Of a stretch of DNA of 64,000 bases, positions 40,140 to 51,285 are shown one piece after another. Where the stretch lies: positions 42,619 to 106,618 of IMG/VR virus record IMGVR_UViG_3300037400_006004. The stretch is one strand, 5' to 3'. The notes under the pieces are model-generated. The model was not told where the DNA came from. It saw nothing but the letters and a program-made list of their open reading frames with translations, and searched no databases. Position 1 is the first letter of the stretch. Every line of letters starts with the position of its first letter. A program made the position numbers and the translations under genes. This DNA is from a virus (taxonomy: Duplodnaviria > Caudoviricetes).

Positions 40140-41948
40140 TTAAGCTTCTGCAAATAATTTATACATTTCTTCATAATCTGGAAGATTATGGAATTCATGA
40201 CAGAAGCTAACAACATCTTCAGAAAGATACTTTTCCATAAAATCCTTAGTTATATCATCAATAATTTCTTCCTGAACTTGTTTACCATTTTTCATTACTG
40301 TAGTATATTCTCCAGTATGATTTTTAACGATAATTCTAAATTCAGCAGTAGAAGAAGAAATATTAAATGTAATAAGAATATTAGGATACATTGAACTTAA
40401 GTCTTCATCAATAACTAAATCGAAACACTTATTAGATGGTAAACCATTAATTGAACCTACTAAGTCAATTAACTCAGGAGGAGCAACATAAGCACCACTA
40501 ATACCATTCTTATCAAAGAAGTGCATACTAGATCTATTATTTGAAATTGTATAACCCATTTCTCTATAGAATACATTTACATAATTTCTAAGACAAACAG
40601 TTTTAGTTAAAGCTTTATTAGCTCTAGTATGAGTAAGTGTTACAATAGTATGAAGAAGATCTACGAAACCAGTATTTTTAATAATTAATGCAAGAAGCAT
40701 TGTATCAATACATCCATACTTAAAGAATAATGAATAATCATCTAAATGAGCAGTCTTAATACTTGTATCTTCTGCACTTAAATCTTCTTTAGACATACCA
40801 GTCTCTTCTAGACCAATAGCATTAAGACTATAAGAGTCCTTCTTACCAAGAGGTCTAGTTATATTACCATATAAAGGTAACATATCAAGCCAAACTGTAT
40901 AACCATAAATATTGAAAATATCAGTTCTAGCAGTAAAATCGTTTTTAGCTCCTATTGAATCATCTTTAGCAATATATACTTGCTTAACTGGAAATTCTTT
41001 AGGACACATAATTTCAGAAACTTCATCATTAACATTTAAAGAATATACTTTTCCATTTTTAGGATTTCTGTCACTTATTGGATTACCAGTTAAAATACAA
41101 ATTCTATGATGTAATGTAATAATATCGAATTGAGCATTCCATGCTAAATTATAATCTGGTTTATCCTTATTAACTAAATCAAAGAAACCTGCAATAAGAT
41201 TTAATTCATCATTATAAATTTTAGCTTTAATTTTAAAATCTTTAAAATATTGATTATATTTTTCTTTTACTTCTGCAACTTTCTGTTTAGCATATCTTTT
41301 AGTAAATTCTTCAAAAGTTTCAGTATCATATTTAAGCATAAATACTGTTAACGTATTAGTTTTATTATTATAATAAGTAATAAGGTTTACTGGGCATGGA
41401 GCTATATCTTCATCAGGAAATCCTGGATAATCTGCACCATCAACCTCAATATCAAATGAACCTATTGAAATACCATAGTTATATTTTTCCTGATTATTTT
41501 CTTGACAAAATAAATCTATATAATAATCGGTAATATTTGCATCAGTTCCATGAAATTCATTAAATAAATGCATTTCTCTTAATTTTGATTTATTTTTCTT
41601 ATTTTCTTCATAGAACTTTTTAGTATTGATTCTGTCAGTATGCTTATTCATTGAACTATATAAATCATTATACTTACAAGTTACTTTTGTTACATCATCT
41701 AAAGAGATATAACGATATTCATAACCGGCTGGGTTATTTTTAGTTTTTGCATACTGAGCTTCAATATCCTTTGTTACATAGTATGAAAAACTTGGGTCTT
41801 TAATATAAGTGAAATCTTTCTTTTGATTTTTATCTTTCCACACTAAAATAACTGAATCATTGTCTGCTACTTTTACTCCATTATAATAATGATATGTGTA
41901 TAAACAATTTACAAACATACATTCTTCTGGAAAAAGTCTTTTAGCCAT
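40140..41948 (-). CDS. polB: family B DNA polymerase, N-terminal part (3'-5' exonuclease plus motif A) of a split enzyme
   Basis: ExoI FDIEV, ExoII AWNAQFD, SYSLN, ExoIII YGCID, SGAYV and motif A DLSSMYP; no motif B or C before the stop. Confidence 0.88.
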   Translation of the reverse strand: MAKRLFPEECMFVNCLYTYHYYNGVKVADNDSVILVWKDKNQKKDFTYIKDPSFSYYVTKDIEAQYAKTKNNPAGYEYRYISLDDVTKVTCKYNDLYSSMNKHTDRINTKKFYEENKKNKSKLREMHLFNEFHGTDANITDYYIDLFCQENNQEKYNYGISIGSFDIEVDGADYPGFPDEDIAPCPVNLITYYNNKTNTLTVFMLKYDTETFEEFTKRYAKQKVAEVKEKYNQYFKDFKIKAKIYNDELNLIAGFFDLVNKDKPDYNLAWNAQFDIITLHHRICILTGNPISDRNPKNGKVYSLNVNDEVSEIMCPKEFPVKQVYIAKDDSIGAKNDFTARTDIFNIYGYTVWLDMLPLYGNITRPLGKKDSYSLNAIGLEETGMSKEDLSAEDTSIKTAHLDDYSLFFKYGCIDTMLLALIIKNTGFVDLLHTIVTLTHTRANKALTKTVCLRNYVNVFYREMGYTISNNRSSMHFFDKNGISGAYVAPPELIDLVGSINGLPSNKCFDLVIDEDLSSMYPNILITFNISSSTAEFRIIVKNHTGEYTTVMKNGKQVQEEIIDDITKDFMEKYLSEDVVSFCHEFHNLPDYEEMYKLFAEA

Positions 41949-42041
41949 AATTATTCCTCCTAAAATCGATTATACAAAAATGTTAGCTGGACTTTTAAAA
42001 AATGAATGGAGAACAGATTCAATCTGTTCTCCATATTTTTA

Positions 42042-44123
42042 TCATTCTTCAAAACCTTCTTCATCTTCCTCTGTATCAAGCTGCATACAATTAAGGAATG
42101 CTTTCAGGATCTTAGAATTCTCAGACCTTGTTTCAGAAGGTTCAATATTAAATCGATAAGGATTATCAAAGAGCTGAGTTTCAAGAAGTTTCATTCTCAT
42201 CTCTTCATTATTGGCAAAAGCATCAAGATACTGTTTGTTTGTAAACATTGCTTTCTTATTTGCTGGATTTGCTAAAGCTAGACCGATATTCTCCATTTCA
42301 CCAATTTTAATAGCATTTGTAGAATAATCGGCTTTATACTGTTTATACTGGATAGACTTTACAGGGATATTCTTAATTGATAACTGATCAACACTTCTTG
42401 CACTAAATTTAGATGCAGGAATATGCTTTAAAGTCATCATAAACTTTTCACCGAATATAACTGTATTTTGAATATCAGCAAGTTTAGTACGATCTACACC
42501 AGTATACTTATAAACTCTAGCAAGATCTTTAATATTTTTAGCTCCATTAAGAGGAGGCTGATGAATAGGAATACCATTTCTGATAAATCCTTCTAGAAGA
42601 GCTTCTGTCTCTTCTTCATTAAGCGTTTTAAAGAATTTTCTGATATTATCAGATTCTTCTTTATCAATCTGATCAAGATAATCAGTTAAATACTTGATTT
42701 GCTTTTTATTACTCCATTCTCCCCAATGGGATTCCATAATATAACGTATATATTTGGAATTATAATTTAATTCCATTTCAATACACTGTGCAGGATTAAG
42801 TCTATTTCCAACACCAAGAGGATTAAGAATCATATCAATTTGGAAGTTAACTACTGAATCTTCATCAACTTCACCTAAACCTGCAAAGTCAATTACCTTT
42901 GGCATTTCATCGTCTGGAAGAATCTTAGATACAACACCTTTATCTCCATAACGACCTGCAAGCTTACTTCCAATTACAAGAGGATGCTCTTCAAGAATAT
43001 AGAACTTAAGCTTTAAGTGATCAAATAAGTTATCAGATACTAAGAATTTATTATTTGGATCTGTTAACTTACAATAATAGTTGTAAAGATCTACAAGATC
43101 AATACTTACTTTATTTTTCTTATCTGTAATAATCGGTTCTACATATTTAATAAACTTCTTATAGTATTTCTGCTGTTCAGTATAATACTTTTTAATTTGT
43201 TTATTATATGTAGATTCAAGAACTTCGTCGGGATCATTTATATTTGAGATTACCTGAATGTCAACTACTTTACCATTTCCTCTATACTTAGCATCTTCAG
43301 AAATTAGATTGATGGTATCAGCAAGAGTAATAGGTGCAGTTTTATAATCTATACGTCTTGTGGCACAAAGTAATCCATCTTTACACGTTTCCCCAATCTC
43401 TGGAAATCCTTTATAAAAATATTTAGTACCATACATATTGGTAAATATATCGTTTGTATTTAAGCTTACTTCAACAATCTTTACTTCATAGTGACCCATT
43501 TTCTTGGCGGTACTTTCACTAATTACGATTGCATCTTCATTAGTTAAACCACCATAGGTTAAATAAACCACATTAAGATTTCTTCCATGAGTGAGATTCA
43601 TTTCTTCATCTCTATTATTGTCTTTGAATAGTACAGTATCTTCTTCAAGGATGTCGCCTTTTTCAAGGCTATCGATAACAGCATTATCATGCTTATAACC
43701 ATACTTTTCAGTGAGATGAGTACATTCTACTCTCTGTACTACATGATATTCTCCTGGAAGAAACTTTGGCTTAATACCTTTCTTGAAGTCAGCATTCTCT
43801 TCAGGACTATTTTTAATCTTTCTAAGAATAAGATCATAATTATATTTATTCTTAACAATTTTAGAAAGAACTTTCCAAGTTCCTTTAAGTTCACAATAAC
43901 CTGAAGAATACTTACCCCACTCATTCTCATAACCAGTAAATACTAAAGGTGCTTGTGGTTCAAGCACCTGTAGTCTCTGTTCAAGATGAGCAGTATCCAT
44001 TTGGGCTCTATTTGCATCTGTTGAAGCAAGACCAGGAATCATACAAGTTGGTCCTAAGAAAGAATGACCGGTGGTATAATTCTTAGCTATATTTTCTACT
44101 AATTCGATTGGGTGCTTATTCAT
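42042..44123 (-). CDS. rpoB: multisubunit RNA polymerase beta subunit, C-terminal part (likely non-virion RNAP)
   Basis: DANRAQM, NEDAIVIS, GSKLAGRYGDKGVV, DMILNPLGVGNRLN, KFSARS and KIGEME; early motif at 44156-44168. Confidence 0.92.
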   Translation of the reverse strand: MNKHPIELVENIAKNYTTGHSFLGPTCMIPGLASTDANRAQMDTAHLEQRLQVLEPQAPLVFTGYENEWGKYSSGYCELKGTWKVLSKIVKNKYNYDLILRKIKNSPEENADFKKGIKPKFLPGEYHVVQRVECTHLTEKYGYKHDNAVIDSLEKGDILEEDTVLFKDNNRDEEMNLTHGRNLNVVYLTYGGLTNEDAIVISESTAKKMGHYEVKIVEVSLNTNDIFTNMYGTKYFYKGFPEIGETCKDGLLCATRRIDYKTAPITLADTINLISEDAKYRGNGKVVDIQVISNINDPDEVLESTYNKQIKKYYTEQQKYYKKFIKYVEPIITDKKNKVSIDLVDLYNYYCKLTDPNNKFLVSDNLFDHLKLKFYILEEHPLVIGSKLAGRYGDKGVVSKILPDDEMPKVIDFAGLGEVDEDSVVNFQIDMILNPLGVGNRLNPAQCIEMELNYNSKYIRYIMESHWGEWSNKKQIKYLTDYLDQIDKEESDNIRKFFKTLNEEETEALLEGFIRNGIPIHQPPLNGAKNIKDLARVYKYTGVDRTKLADIQNTVIFGEKFMMTLKHIPASKFSARSVDQLSIKNIPVKSIQYKQYKADYSTNAIKIGEMENIGLALANPANKKAMFTNKQYLDAFANNEEMRMKLLETQLFDNPYRFNIEPSETRSENSKILKAFLNCMQLDTEEDEEGFEE

Positions 44124-44169
44124 AAATAAAATTCCTCCTATTGATATTCAAATAAATAATATTTATTTA

Positions 44170-45762
44170 TTAGAAAATGTCAGTGTATTCTTCTTCATCT
44201 TCTTCAAATTCCATTTCATCATAATCGACATTAGCCGTAACATCTTCATTGAGATCAAGGTCATAACCTTCACCATCAAAACCAGATGAAATAATATTAG
44301 GCTCGTCAGTGAAATGCCAAGTATCGTTTACTGTTGCTCCAATTGTAAGAGCTCTTGTAGTACCTGGATCATTATTTGAAGTATAAATGAGATCTACCTG
44401 ACCAATCATAGAAGGATCAAGAGTCTTTCCTTTAATCTCTCCCCTAGCATTAGAAATGCTCTGATTTCCTGCAATTGTAATTTTCATTTTATTAAGAATG
44501 TCAAGACTATCTACATTATTCATATAACGTAAATTATCTGCATTCTTACCTTTTGTACTTTTCATTTTCTTAATAAGAAAATCTGGCTGAATATTACTAA
44601 ATAAACTTTCTAGGGTTTTAAGAGTAATATTTTTACCATTTAGAACTCTTAATACTCCTTCTGTCCACGTCTCAAGAAGTGGGAAAATAAAACACTCATT
44701 AAGACGCAGTCTCTTATTTGCTAAATCATCATTATTCTGAAGTAGCAGATTATTATAATTAATTAGAAACCATCTTAATAATGTATAAATATTTTCTTTA
44801 TCTGTGTCTGGAATACGAATGACTCTCTTAGTTGTATTATCTAAGAGTCTCTCGAATGATGCTTTTACTGAACGACCCTTATTATCATAATTGGTCTGAT
44901 TCTTAGTAAAATAACTACCAAGTTTTCTTACCCAATAATTAAGGTCGTCAACCTTATCCATAGATACTTTATCCTTCTTCTGAAATGCATTTACAAAAGT
45001 AAATGTCATCATTCTAGTTTGTGGACTGTCATCTACATATTCCTTTGGAACTTGTAGATAAATCATAGTACCTAATTTAAATAGATAATCTTCTCCATGA
45101 TAGTTCTCTGCTCTTTTCTTATCAATAATTTTAAAAATATCCTGAAGAGCAAAGAATTTTAATGTTTCTGTAATACCAAAATTTGCAAAGAAATAAATAA
45201 AGATTGGAATTTTAGTATTAAAGATTTTACTATAAGTATAATAACCATCAATATTTTCTACTAAATTATCAGGCTTCATAGTAATATTCTTATGATTAAC
45301 AACAATTGGCTGAAGGCTTGTTCTCATAGTTATACTCTGATTTGTCTTATAAGTCTCAGCATCAATAATCTGAAAGATTGGATAGAATCTTACATTATCA
45401 ATAAGATAATAACAACCATCAATAAGCTTTGGGAAATAAAGCTTCTTTTTAATAATCTTTTTATCACCATTCTTAGGATCTGTTAATTCAAATTCAATAT
45501 CAATTTCAATTAATCTAGATCTTTCAAATGAGATATCAGTAATATCTGTTGATGGTTTATATAGAGATCTTTCATCTTTCTTAACAGCCTTAATGAATTT
45601 GATTCCTGGAATAGTCTCTAAGGATTGACATGCATCAATAATATGCTGAAGAATATCATCGTTATCTTTTAAATAAAAGATATCTTTGTTAAACTTCTCT
45701 GGATTTGAATCATGTAACCCCTTAAGCATCTTGTTCCACATCTTATTATATAATTCTGGCAT
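44170..45762 (-). CDS. rpoB: multisubunit RNA polymerase beta subunit, N-terminal part
   Basis: FPKLIDGCYYLIDNVRF, DDLANKRLR and PSMIGQVDLIYTSNNDPG parallel beta N-terminal regions; adjacent to the C-terminal half; early motif at 45825-45837. Confidence 0.8.
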   Translation of the reverse strand: MPELYNKMWNKMLKGLHDSNPEKFNKDIFYLKDNDDILQHIIDACQSLETIPGIKFIKAVKKDERSLYKPSTDITDISFERSRLIEIDIEFELTDPKNGDKKIIKKKLYFPKLIDGCYYLIDNVRFYPIFQIIDAETYKTNQSITMRTSLQPIVVNHKNITMKPDNLVENIDGYYTYSKIFNTKIPIFIYFFANFGITETLKFFALQDIFKIIDKKRAENYHGEDYLFKLGTMIYLQVPKEYVDDSPQTRMMTFTFVNAFQKKDKVSMDKVDDLNYWVRKLGSYFTKNQTNYDNKGRSVKASFERLLDNTTKRVIRIPDTDKENIYTLLRWFLINYNNLLLQNNDDLANKRLRLNECFIFPLLETWTEGVLRVLNGKNITLKTLESLFSNIQPDFLIKKMKSTKGKNADNLRYMNNVDSLDILNKMKITIAGNQSISNARGEIKGKTLDPSMIGQVDLIYTSNNDPGTTRALTIGATVNDTWHFTDEPNIISSGFDGEGYDLDLNEDVTANVDYDEMEFEEDEEEYTDIF

Positions 45763-46035
45763 TATTACATTACTCCCTTTATCCTAGATTTGTAAAACCA
45801 AAAATTTCATGGTTATACCTATTAATAATATATATTTTATTTTAAAAATTTAAATTTTAATAAATAAATAATAATATATTATACCGTGTGAATGAAATTC
45901 TTTGGATGAACCTGTCAAATTTAAATTTAAATTCAAATTTTAAGTTCTAACATAAAGGTATAAAAAAATTTTTGACTGAAAAGTCTGAAATTTAATTTTA
46001 TTATTTAAAATTTATTTATAAAGGAGTAAACTATC

Positions 46036-46437
46036 ATGGCTACTAAGAAGATTATTAAGAAGGCTGCAACTGCAGCACCAAAGGCAGCAACTAAGACTAC
46101 TGTTAAGGCAGTTGACAAGGCAAATATCACTAACGTTGAGGATTTCTATGGTCTTGTTAGAGATCAGTACAATGCAACTAACGAGAAGAAGATTACTAAG
46201 GATGAAGTTAATAAGGTTATGACTGCATTCTCAGAGGCTTTCGGTAAGTTTGCAACTAATTCTGATGCTGATAAGGCTACTTGCATCCTTCCTGGAATTG
46301 GACGTTTCTCTGTTTTCGTTCAGAAGGAGAGAGATGGTGTAAATCCTAAGACTGGTGATAAGATTAAGATTGCTGCTAAGAAGAGAGTTTCTTTCAAGAC
46401 TTTCCCAAGATTTTCTGATATTATCAATGGTAAGTAA
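46036..46437 (+). CDS. hup: HU-family DNA-binding protein
   Basis: LPGIGRFSV...ERDGVNPKTGDKIKIAAKKRVSFK signature; Lys/Ala-rich histone-H1-like N-terminal tail. Confidence 0.92.
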   Translation: MATKKIIKKAATAAPKAATKTTVKAVDKANITNVEDFYGLVRDQYNATNEKKITKDEVNKVMTAFSEAFGKFATNSDADKATCILPGIGRFSVFVQKERDGVNPKTGDKIKIAAKKRVSFKTFPRFSDIINGK

Positions 46438-46524
46438 TTGATAATTAAAACCCTTAAGGAAAAATCCTTAAGGGTTTTTTTTTTCATTAGCTAACAATCA
46501 TTTATAAATATATAGAAAGGACTG

Positions 46525-46932
46525 ATGAAGATGACAAATGATTCTAAAAAAGATATATCCTTAAATAGATCTATAAAAATGTGGAATAATATTCCAATTG
46601 ACAGTAGATTAGTTACTCCTTCATTAAATAAATTAGATGAAAATATAAATTTTCCTTATATTGGAATGATTTTTTATTCAGAATTTGAAGACAGCTATTA
46701 TAAAGTATTAACTCTTGAAGATGGTTATCGTGTTGGTAGAACTGGTGAAGTAGTTAGAATATCACAAGTTATAGATCCAGATCCAAAATTAAAGATTACA
46801 GGATATTTTATTGGAAGTTACGAACATTGTTCTTTAAAAGAAAATACAAATTTAAATAATTATTATACTAAATCTGAAGTAGATTCTAAAATTAATGAAA
46901 TTAAAGAATTAATAAATTCATTATTACCATAA
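46525..46932 (+). CDS. small tail-fibre-associated-like protein
   Basis: PIDSRLV...YIGM and NYYTKSEVDSKI motifs common in fibre proteins; late motif at 46493. Confidence 0.45.
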   Translation: MKMTNDSKKDISLNRSIKMWNNIPIDSRLVTPSLNKLDENINFPYIGMIFYSEFEDSYYKVLTLEDGYRVGRTGEVVRISQVIDPDPKLKITGYFIGSYEHCSLKENTNLNNYYTKSEVDSKINEIKELINSLLP

Positions 46933-47074
46933 TTATAAGACTAATGAGCTTATCTCATTAGTCTTATAATTTATTAAATTAAGAAAGCAAGTAAAATAAT
47001 AAATTATAAATTCATCTTAAAAAAGTAAAAAAAAAATAAGGCTAAGAGATTAATCTCTTAGCCTTATCATACTA

Positions 47075-48172
47075 TTACTTTTTAGTAATAGTATGATTAT
47101 AGAACTGTCCATGTTTCTTGATTGCAGAAACAATCATTCTACCTAACTTAATTCTGTCTTTTGGAACTTTTCTAAAGTTCTTCAGAACATAATCGATAAG
47201 AGCATCATCACCTGAAATTTCTACTGTATCTTTAGTAATATTATTGGTAACAACATATAAATCATTATTGTCTTTTCTGAGTTCGATGTTTGTCATATCT
47301 TCAAAAGAAATAGTTTTTGTTTTTTTAGCTCTATTTTCAAGAGCAATTTTAATTATATTTGGTAGAGTATATTTTCTTTTACCAGCCATTCTAAGATTTC
47401 CTGTATGACCTCTGTTAATTACATTTTCATTTTTAAAAGCTAAAATATTGCCGTTGTTTATTATATGAGTTCTACTATCATTTAAAATATCTTCTAAACT
47501 ATTAAACGTTAGATCAGTTTCATAACCATTAATAACTAATGCAAAATGTGTATCTCTATCGATTATACCATAAGAATTAACTTCTCTTCTACCAACTTTA
47601 TAGGTAGTTAATAATTCAGAAGTTGTCAGCTTCTTTATGGTTTTTAAATTTATAAATTGTGTTAGTACTTTATGTTTAGATGTTTGCCTATTTGCTCGTT
47701 TAATATTTTTATGCTTATTTTTTGGGTCAGCTGGTTTATAACTATCGAGTTCCGTTTCAACAGTCACTTTATTTTCTTCTTTTTTATTATCATTAGTAGC
47801 TAATATTGGAACAGATACTTTTGAAAACCACCAATCAACGAACTGTCCATTAGTGCCTTCATCTGAAATGAAATGAGCATTAAAGATATATACACAAGAA
47901 TCGTCTGACTCGTCGATAGAATCAATTACATCCTTATAAATATTGAGGTATGTAATTATTGGATTGTACGAATCTCTACATACTCTCAGGATGTATTCCT
48001 CATTAAAATACTGAGGAAGCTCAGAAGCCTTAAATGCTTCTGAGCTATAGTATCTATCGAAAGCTTTTGGATCATCTTCTTTTCTTGGATACCTCTGTTT
48101 GAGAACCATTATCTTTCCAAGCTGAACGTCTCTGTCTGTCTTATTAATGAAGTTGTCCTTATTAAATTTCAT
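47075..48172 (-). CDS. hypothetical early protein
   Basis: Start MKFNKD; SD AAGGAGG. Confidence 0.75.
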   Translation of the reverse strand: MKFNKDNFINKTDRDVQLGKIMVLKQRYPRKEDDPKAFDRYYSSEAFKASELPQYFNEEYILRVCRDSYNPIITYLNIYKDVIDSIDESDDSCVYIFNAHFISDEGTNGQFVDWWFSKVSVPILATNDNKKEENKVTVETELDSYKPADPKNKHKNIKRANRQTSKHKVLTQFINLKTIKKLTTSELLTTYKVGRREVNSYGIIDRDTHFALVINGYETDLTFNSLEDILNDSRTHIINNGNILAFKNENVINRGHTGNLRMAGKRKYTLPNIIKIALENRAKKTKTISFEDMTNIELRKDNNDLYVVTNNITKDTVEISGDDALIDYVLKNFRKVPKDRIKLGRMIVSAIKKHGQFYNHTITKK

Positions 48173-48189
48173 TTTATATACCTCCTTAT

Positions 48190-48282
48190 TTAATTCCACG
48201 TTGCAGTTAGAAGTGCATATAACAACACCGATAACGATAAAAATACGTAAAGAAATGCTTTAATTGTTTTAAGCTTTCTCAT
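48190..48282 (-). CDS. 30-aa membrane microprotein (not in ORF track)
   Basis: MRKLKTIKAFLYVFLSLSVLLYALLTATWN; SD AGGAGGTG. Confidence 0.7.
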   Translation of the reverse strand: MRKLKTIKAFLYVFLSLSVLLYALLTATWN

Positions 48283-48300
48283 ATAATCACCTCCTAATGT

Positions 48301-48462
48301 TTAAAGCTCATGACTGATGTCAATAATCTTATTATAAACAGAGCTAGTCATCGCATCAGAATTTTTGAGATGTCTTGCTCTACGCTTATAATACTTTTTA
48401 TAGATCTTCTTGCAGTTGAAGTGGCGGTCATCCTTTTTTGAAGTTCTATAAGATTTACTCAT
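48301..48462 (-). CDS. 53-aa basic early protein (not in ORF track)
   Basis: MSKSYRTSKKDDRHFNCKKIYKKYYKRRAR...; SD AAGGAGG; early motif at 48496-48508. Confidence 0.7.
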   Translation of the reverse strand: MSKSYRTSKKDDRHFNCKKIYKKYYKRRARHLKNSDAMTSSVYNKIIDISHEL

Positions 48463-48548
48463 AAAAATATTACCTCCTTATTTTCAATCACCATAATAAT
48501 ATATATTTAAAACAACCAATTAATATTTTATAGAAAGGAGCAATCAAT

Positions 48549-49448
48549 ATGTCTGTTAAAAGTTATCCTTATAATGATAAGACACAACTAACAAAAAATT
48601 TTAACATTTCTGAATTCAAATGTAAATGTGGAAGAAACCATAACATTTTGAATTCTACCGAGGAAGTTAATATGCTACAGAAAATAACTGACTTGGTTGG
48701 AGCGGATTACGTAACAATTTCTTCAGGTTATCGTTGTGCTGCACACGATAGATCTGTAGGTGGTTCTGGTTCTGGACCTCACACTGGTGGTTTCGCAGCA
48801 GACTGTAGGTTTGTAAAGAATGGTAAAGCAATTAGCACAAAACTTCTTTCTTGTGTTGCACAAGATTTAGGTTTTATGGGTATTGCTAATATCACTTCTA
48901 ATTACGAATGGATCCATTTAGACATGAAAGGCAGAGTCTATAAAGGAAATGAAATTGTAAGTTATAATACAGTTACTAATGACTTCTATAGATATTACGG
49001 AATTACTAAAGAGCAAGTGTTAGAATTAACTAAAGGTAAAGAAACTGGTAATAATAATACTTCTTCAACTTCTAATACAACTAAAATTAATAACAAAGAT
49101 AAGTCTACTAAGAAAGTTGTATGGTCTAATAAGTTTGATGCTAAGATTAGAGAAGTTCAAAGAATCTTTAATCAAAAAGGTTATCAATTAGTTGAAGATG
49201 GATATGCTGGTCCAAACACTTATGCTGTAGCAAAGAAATTTACAATTAATAAATATGATAATGGACCTTTAGTAAGATGGGTTCAAGAAAGACTTAACTC
49301 AATGGGTTATAACTGTGGTATTGCAGATGGTAGCTGTGGTGCAAACACTATGGCTGGAATTAATGCTTTCCAAAAAGCTTATGGTTTAGGTCAAGGCTAT
49401 TTAGGTGGAACTGATTGGGTTTACCTTTTTGGCGGAACTATTAACTAA
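48549..49448 (+). CDS. peptidase M15A-family cell wall hydrolase with peptidoglycan-binding domains
   Basis: NFNISEFKCKCG, ISSGYRC, H-x6-D (HTGGFAAD), WIHLD; two PG_binding_1-like repeats (DGYAGPNT and DGSCGANT...FQ). Confidence 0.88.
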   Translation: MSVKSYPYNDKTQLTKNFNISEFKCKCGRNHNILNSTEEVNMLQKITDLVGADYVTISSGYRCAAHDRSVGGSGSGPHTGGFAADCRFVKNGKAISTKLLSCVAQDLGFMGIANITSNYEWIHLDMKGRVYKGNEIVSYNTVTNDFYRYYGITKEQVLELTKGKETGNNNTSSTSNTTKINNKDKSTKKVVWSNKFDAKIREVQRIFNQKGYQLVEDGYAGPNTYAVAKKFTINKYDNGPLVRWVQERLNSMGYNCGIADGSCGANTMAGINAFQKAYGLGQGYLGGTDWVYLFGGTIN

Positions 49449-49559
49449 AAAAAAAATCCCTTAAGACGTTATGTCTTAAGGGATTTATATTTAACAGTTA
49501 ATCTGATATCTTGACTATCCAGATTTATTAGAGACAGTTTTATAAGAATTATTAACTCT

Positions 49560-49886
49560 TTAATATGTAAGCCATTCAGTACGGCTTATCTGTGAAATAT
49601 CAATATCTTTAAGATATGATGCATTAAGTCTTCTTCTCCTTCCAGACTTATAATAAGGATCGGAAGACTTAAAACGATAAACTCTTTTAAGTCTATCATT
49701 AACACGATTAATAATATAACCATTTCTATAAGGAAACTCTTCATTAATCTGACGGTAATTTACCATAGCCTTCTTATTTGTTTTAAACTTCTGCTGCTTC
49801 TTTCTATGAATAAGATGCTTATTTGCATCACTTTTAAAACGGATTACATAAGAAAATCCCTTTGCATTGAAAACTACCTTACTCAT
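49560..49886 (-). CDS. hypothetical basic early protein
   Basis: 108 aa; SD AGGAGG; early motif at 49919-49931. Confidence 0.7.
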   Translation of the reverse strand: MSKVVFNAKGFSYVIRFKSDANKHLIHRKKQQKFKTNKKAMVNYRQINEEFPYRNGYIINRVNDRLKRVYRFKSSDPYYKSGRRRRLNASYLKDIDISQISRTEWLTY

Positions 49887-49929
49887 AATAATTACCTCCT
49901 GATAAATAAAATCACTTTATAGTATATAT

Positions 49930-51276
49930 TCAAATCTGCATTACTATTTTGGCAATACTATTTGCAGTAAGTTTATACTTTTTATGAGCATCAATACCTT
50001 TTGCCATTTTTCTTCTATAGAAATATTCACAAACAGCTTGTGTAAGTAATACTAAAGCATGTTTCTTTTCAATATTTTCTTTATAATAAATTCTAATAAA
50101 TTTATTAGCAATAGAATTATAATTTGATTTAAGCATTGCTTTATAAAAATCAAAAAGTATTGGCTTTATCATCTGTTCAGTATAAAAATTCTTTTCAAAG
50201 AAAATTTGTCTTATATTGGGATCGCTCATCATAATACTTGCTTCTAGATCATCTTTTTTAAACTGATTCAAAGTTTCATTATTATTATAGATCATAATAA
50301 TTTTAATGAATTTATTAATATAATAATCATCTATTCCAACGGAAGTGGGTCGTACATATTTTAGAAAATCTTTTAAAGTATTTAAATATTCATTAGCAAT
50401 ATGAATATTTTCTTTAATAGAATTATCTAGTTTAAACTGATGTTGATCTAAATAATTATATAAATGCTTACCTTTGTTAAGATAATCTATCTGTTTTATA
50501 GTAGTTTCTATATTTAATGGAATAACTATAAATTGTTCTGATGATATATTTCTACTATAAATAGAAGTCATTGGTCTATCAAAATTAATTGAAGGGTATC
50601 CCATAACTGCTTTAATTAATTTCCATGAATAAGCATTATGATTATTAAAAATAATAAATATATTAGCCATATCTTTCATTTTATTTTTTAATTGACTATT
50701 TTCAATCATAGAAATAACATGACCAGTTAAATTAATCTTTTTGTTTCCTTTAGTTGAATTATATTTCAATACATAATCACTATGAACTTCATCTTCAAAA
50801 TATTCTTTTATATCAAAGCTAAAAAGTTTATCTTTATATTCTGTTAGTTTTTGATCAAAAGATCTATATGTATCATTATTAAATTTTTCAAAATTTTCTT
50901 TATCGAATGTAAATGGAATTAGTTCCATATTATTATTAACTAAATAGTGATTATGTTCATTGTCCATTATAAATAATATATATGACATATAATATGTAGT
51001 AAATAAAACTTTTTGTTCATTATATTCTAAATTAATCATAGATAACTTACGATCATAATAGTTTGGAAGAGAATCTTTAAATTCATCAAGAATTGACATG
51101 ACTGCTGGTGGATTATTTCTTTCCCATACAAGATCATCAAGATCTTCATCTTTTTCAGATGGAAGTAAATCATTTCTATAATAATAAGAAAAATCTACAT
51201 CCGATAATTCGGCTAAGAAATTACCACTTTTAGGAATAGCATATTTACCATCTAAAATATATAAAAACTTAGACAT
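49930..51276 (-). CDS. hypothetical protein
   Basis: 448 aa; SD AAGGAGG; part of an early operon. Confidence 0.75.
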   Translation of the reverse strand: MSKFLYILDGKYAIPKSGNFLAELSDVDFSYYYRNDLLPSEKDEDLDDLVWERNNPPAVMSILDEFKDSLPNYYDRKLSMINLEYNEQKVLFTTYYMSYILFIMDNEHNHYLVNNNMELIPFTFDKENFEKFNNDTYRSFDQKLTEYKDKLFSFDIKEYFEDEVHSDYVLKYNSTKGNKKINLTGHVISMIENSQLKNKMKDMANIFIIFNNHNAYSWKLIKAVMGYPSINFDRPMTSIYSRNISSEQFIVIPLNIETTIKQIDYLNKGKHLYNYLDQHQFKLDNSIKENIHIANEYLNTLKDFLKYVRPTSVGIDDYYINKFIKIIMIYNNNETLNQFKKDDLEASIMMSDPNIRQIFFEKNFYTEQMIKPILFDFYKAMLKSNYNSIANKFIRIYYKENIEKKHALVLLTQAVCEYFYRRKMAKGIDAHKKYKLTANSIAKIVMQI

Positions 51277-51285
51277 AATACCTCC

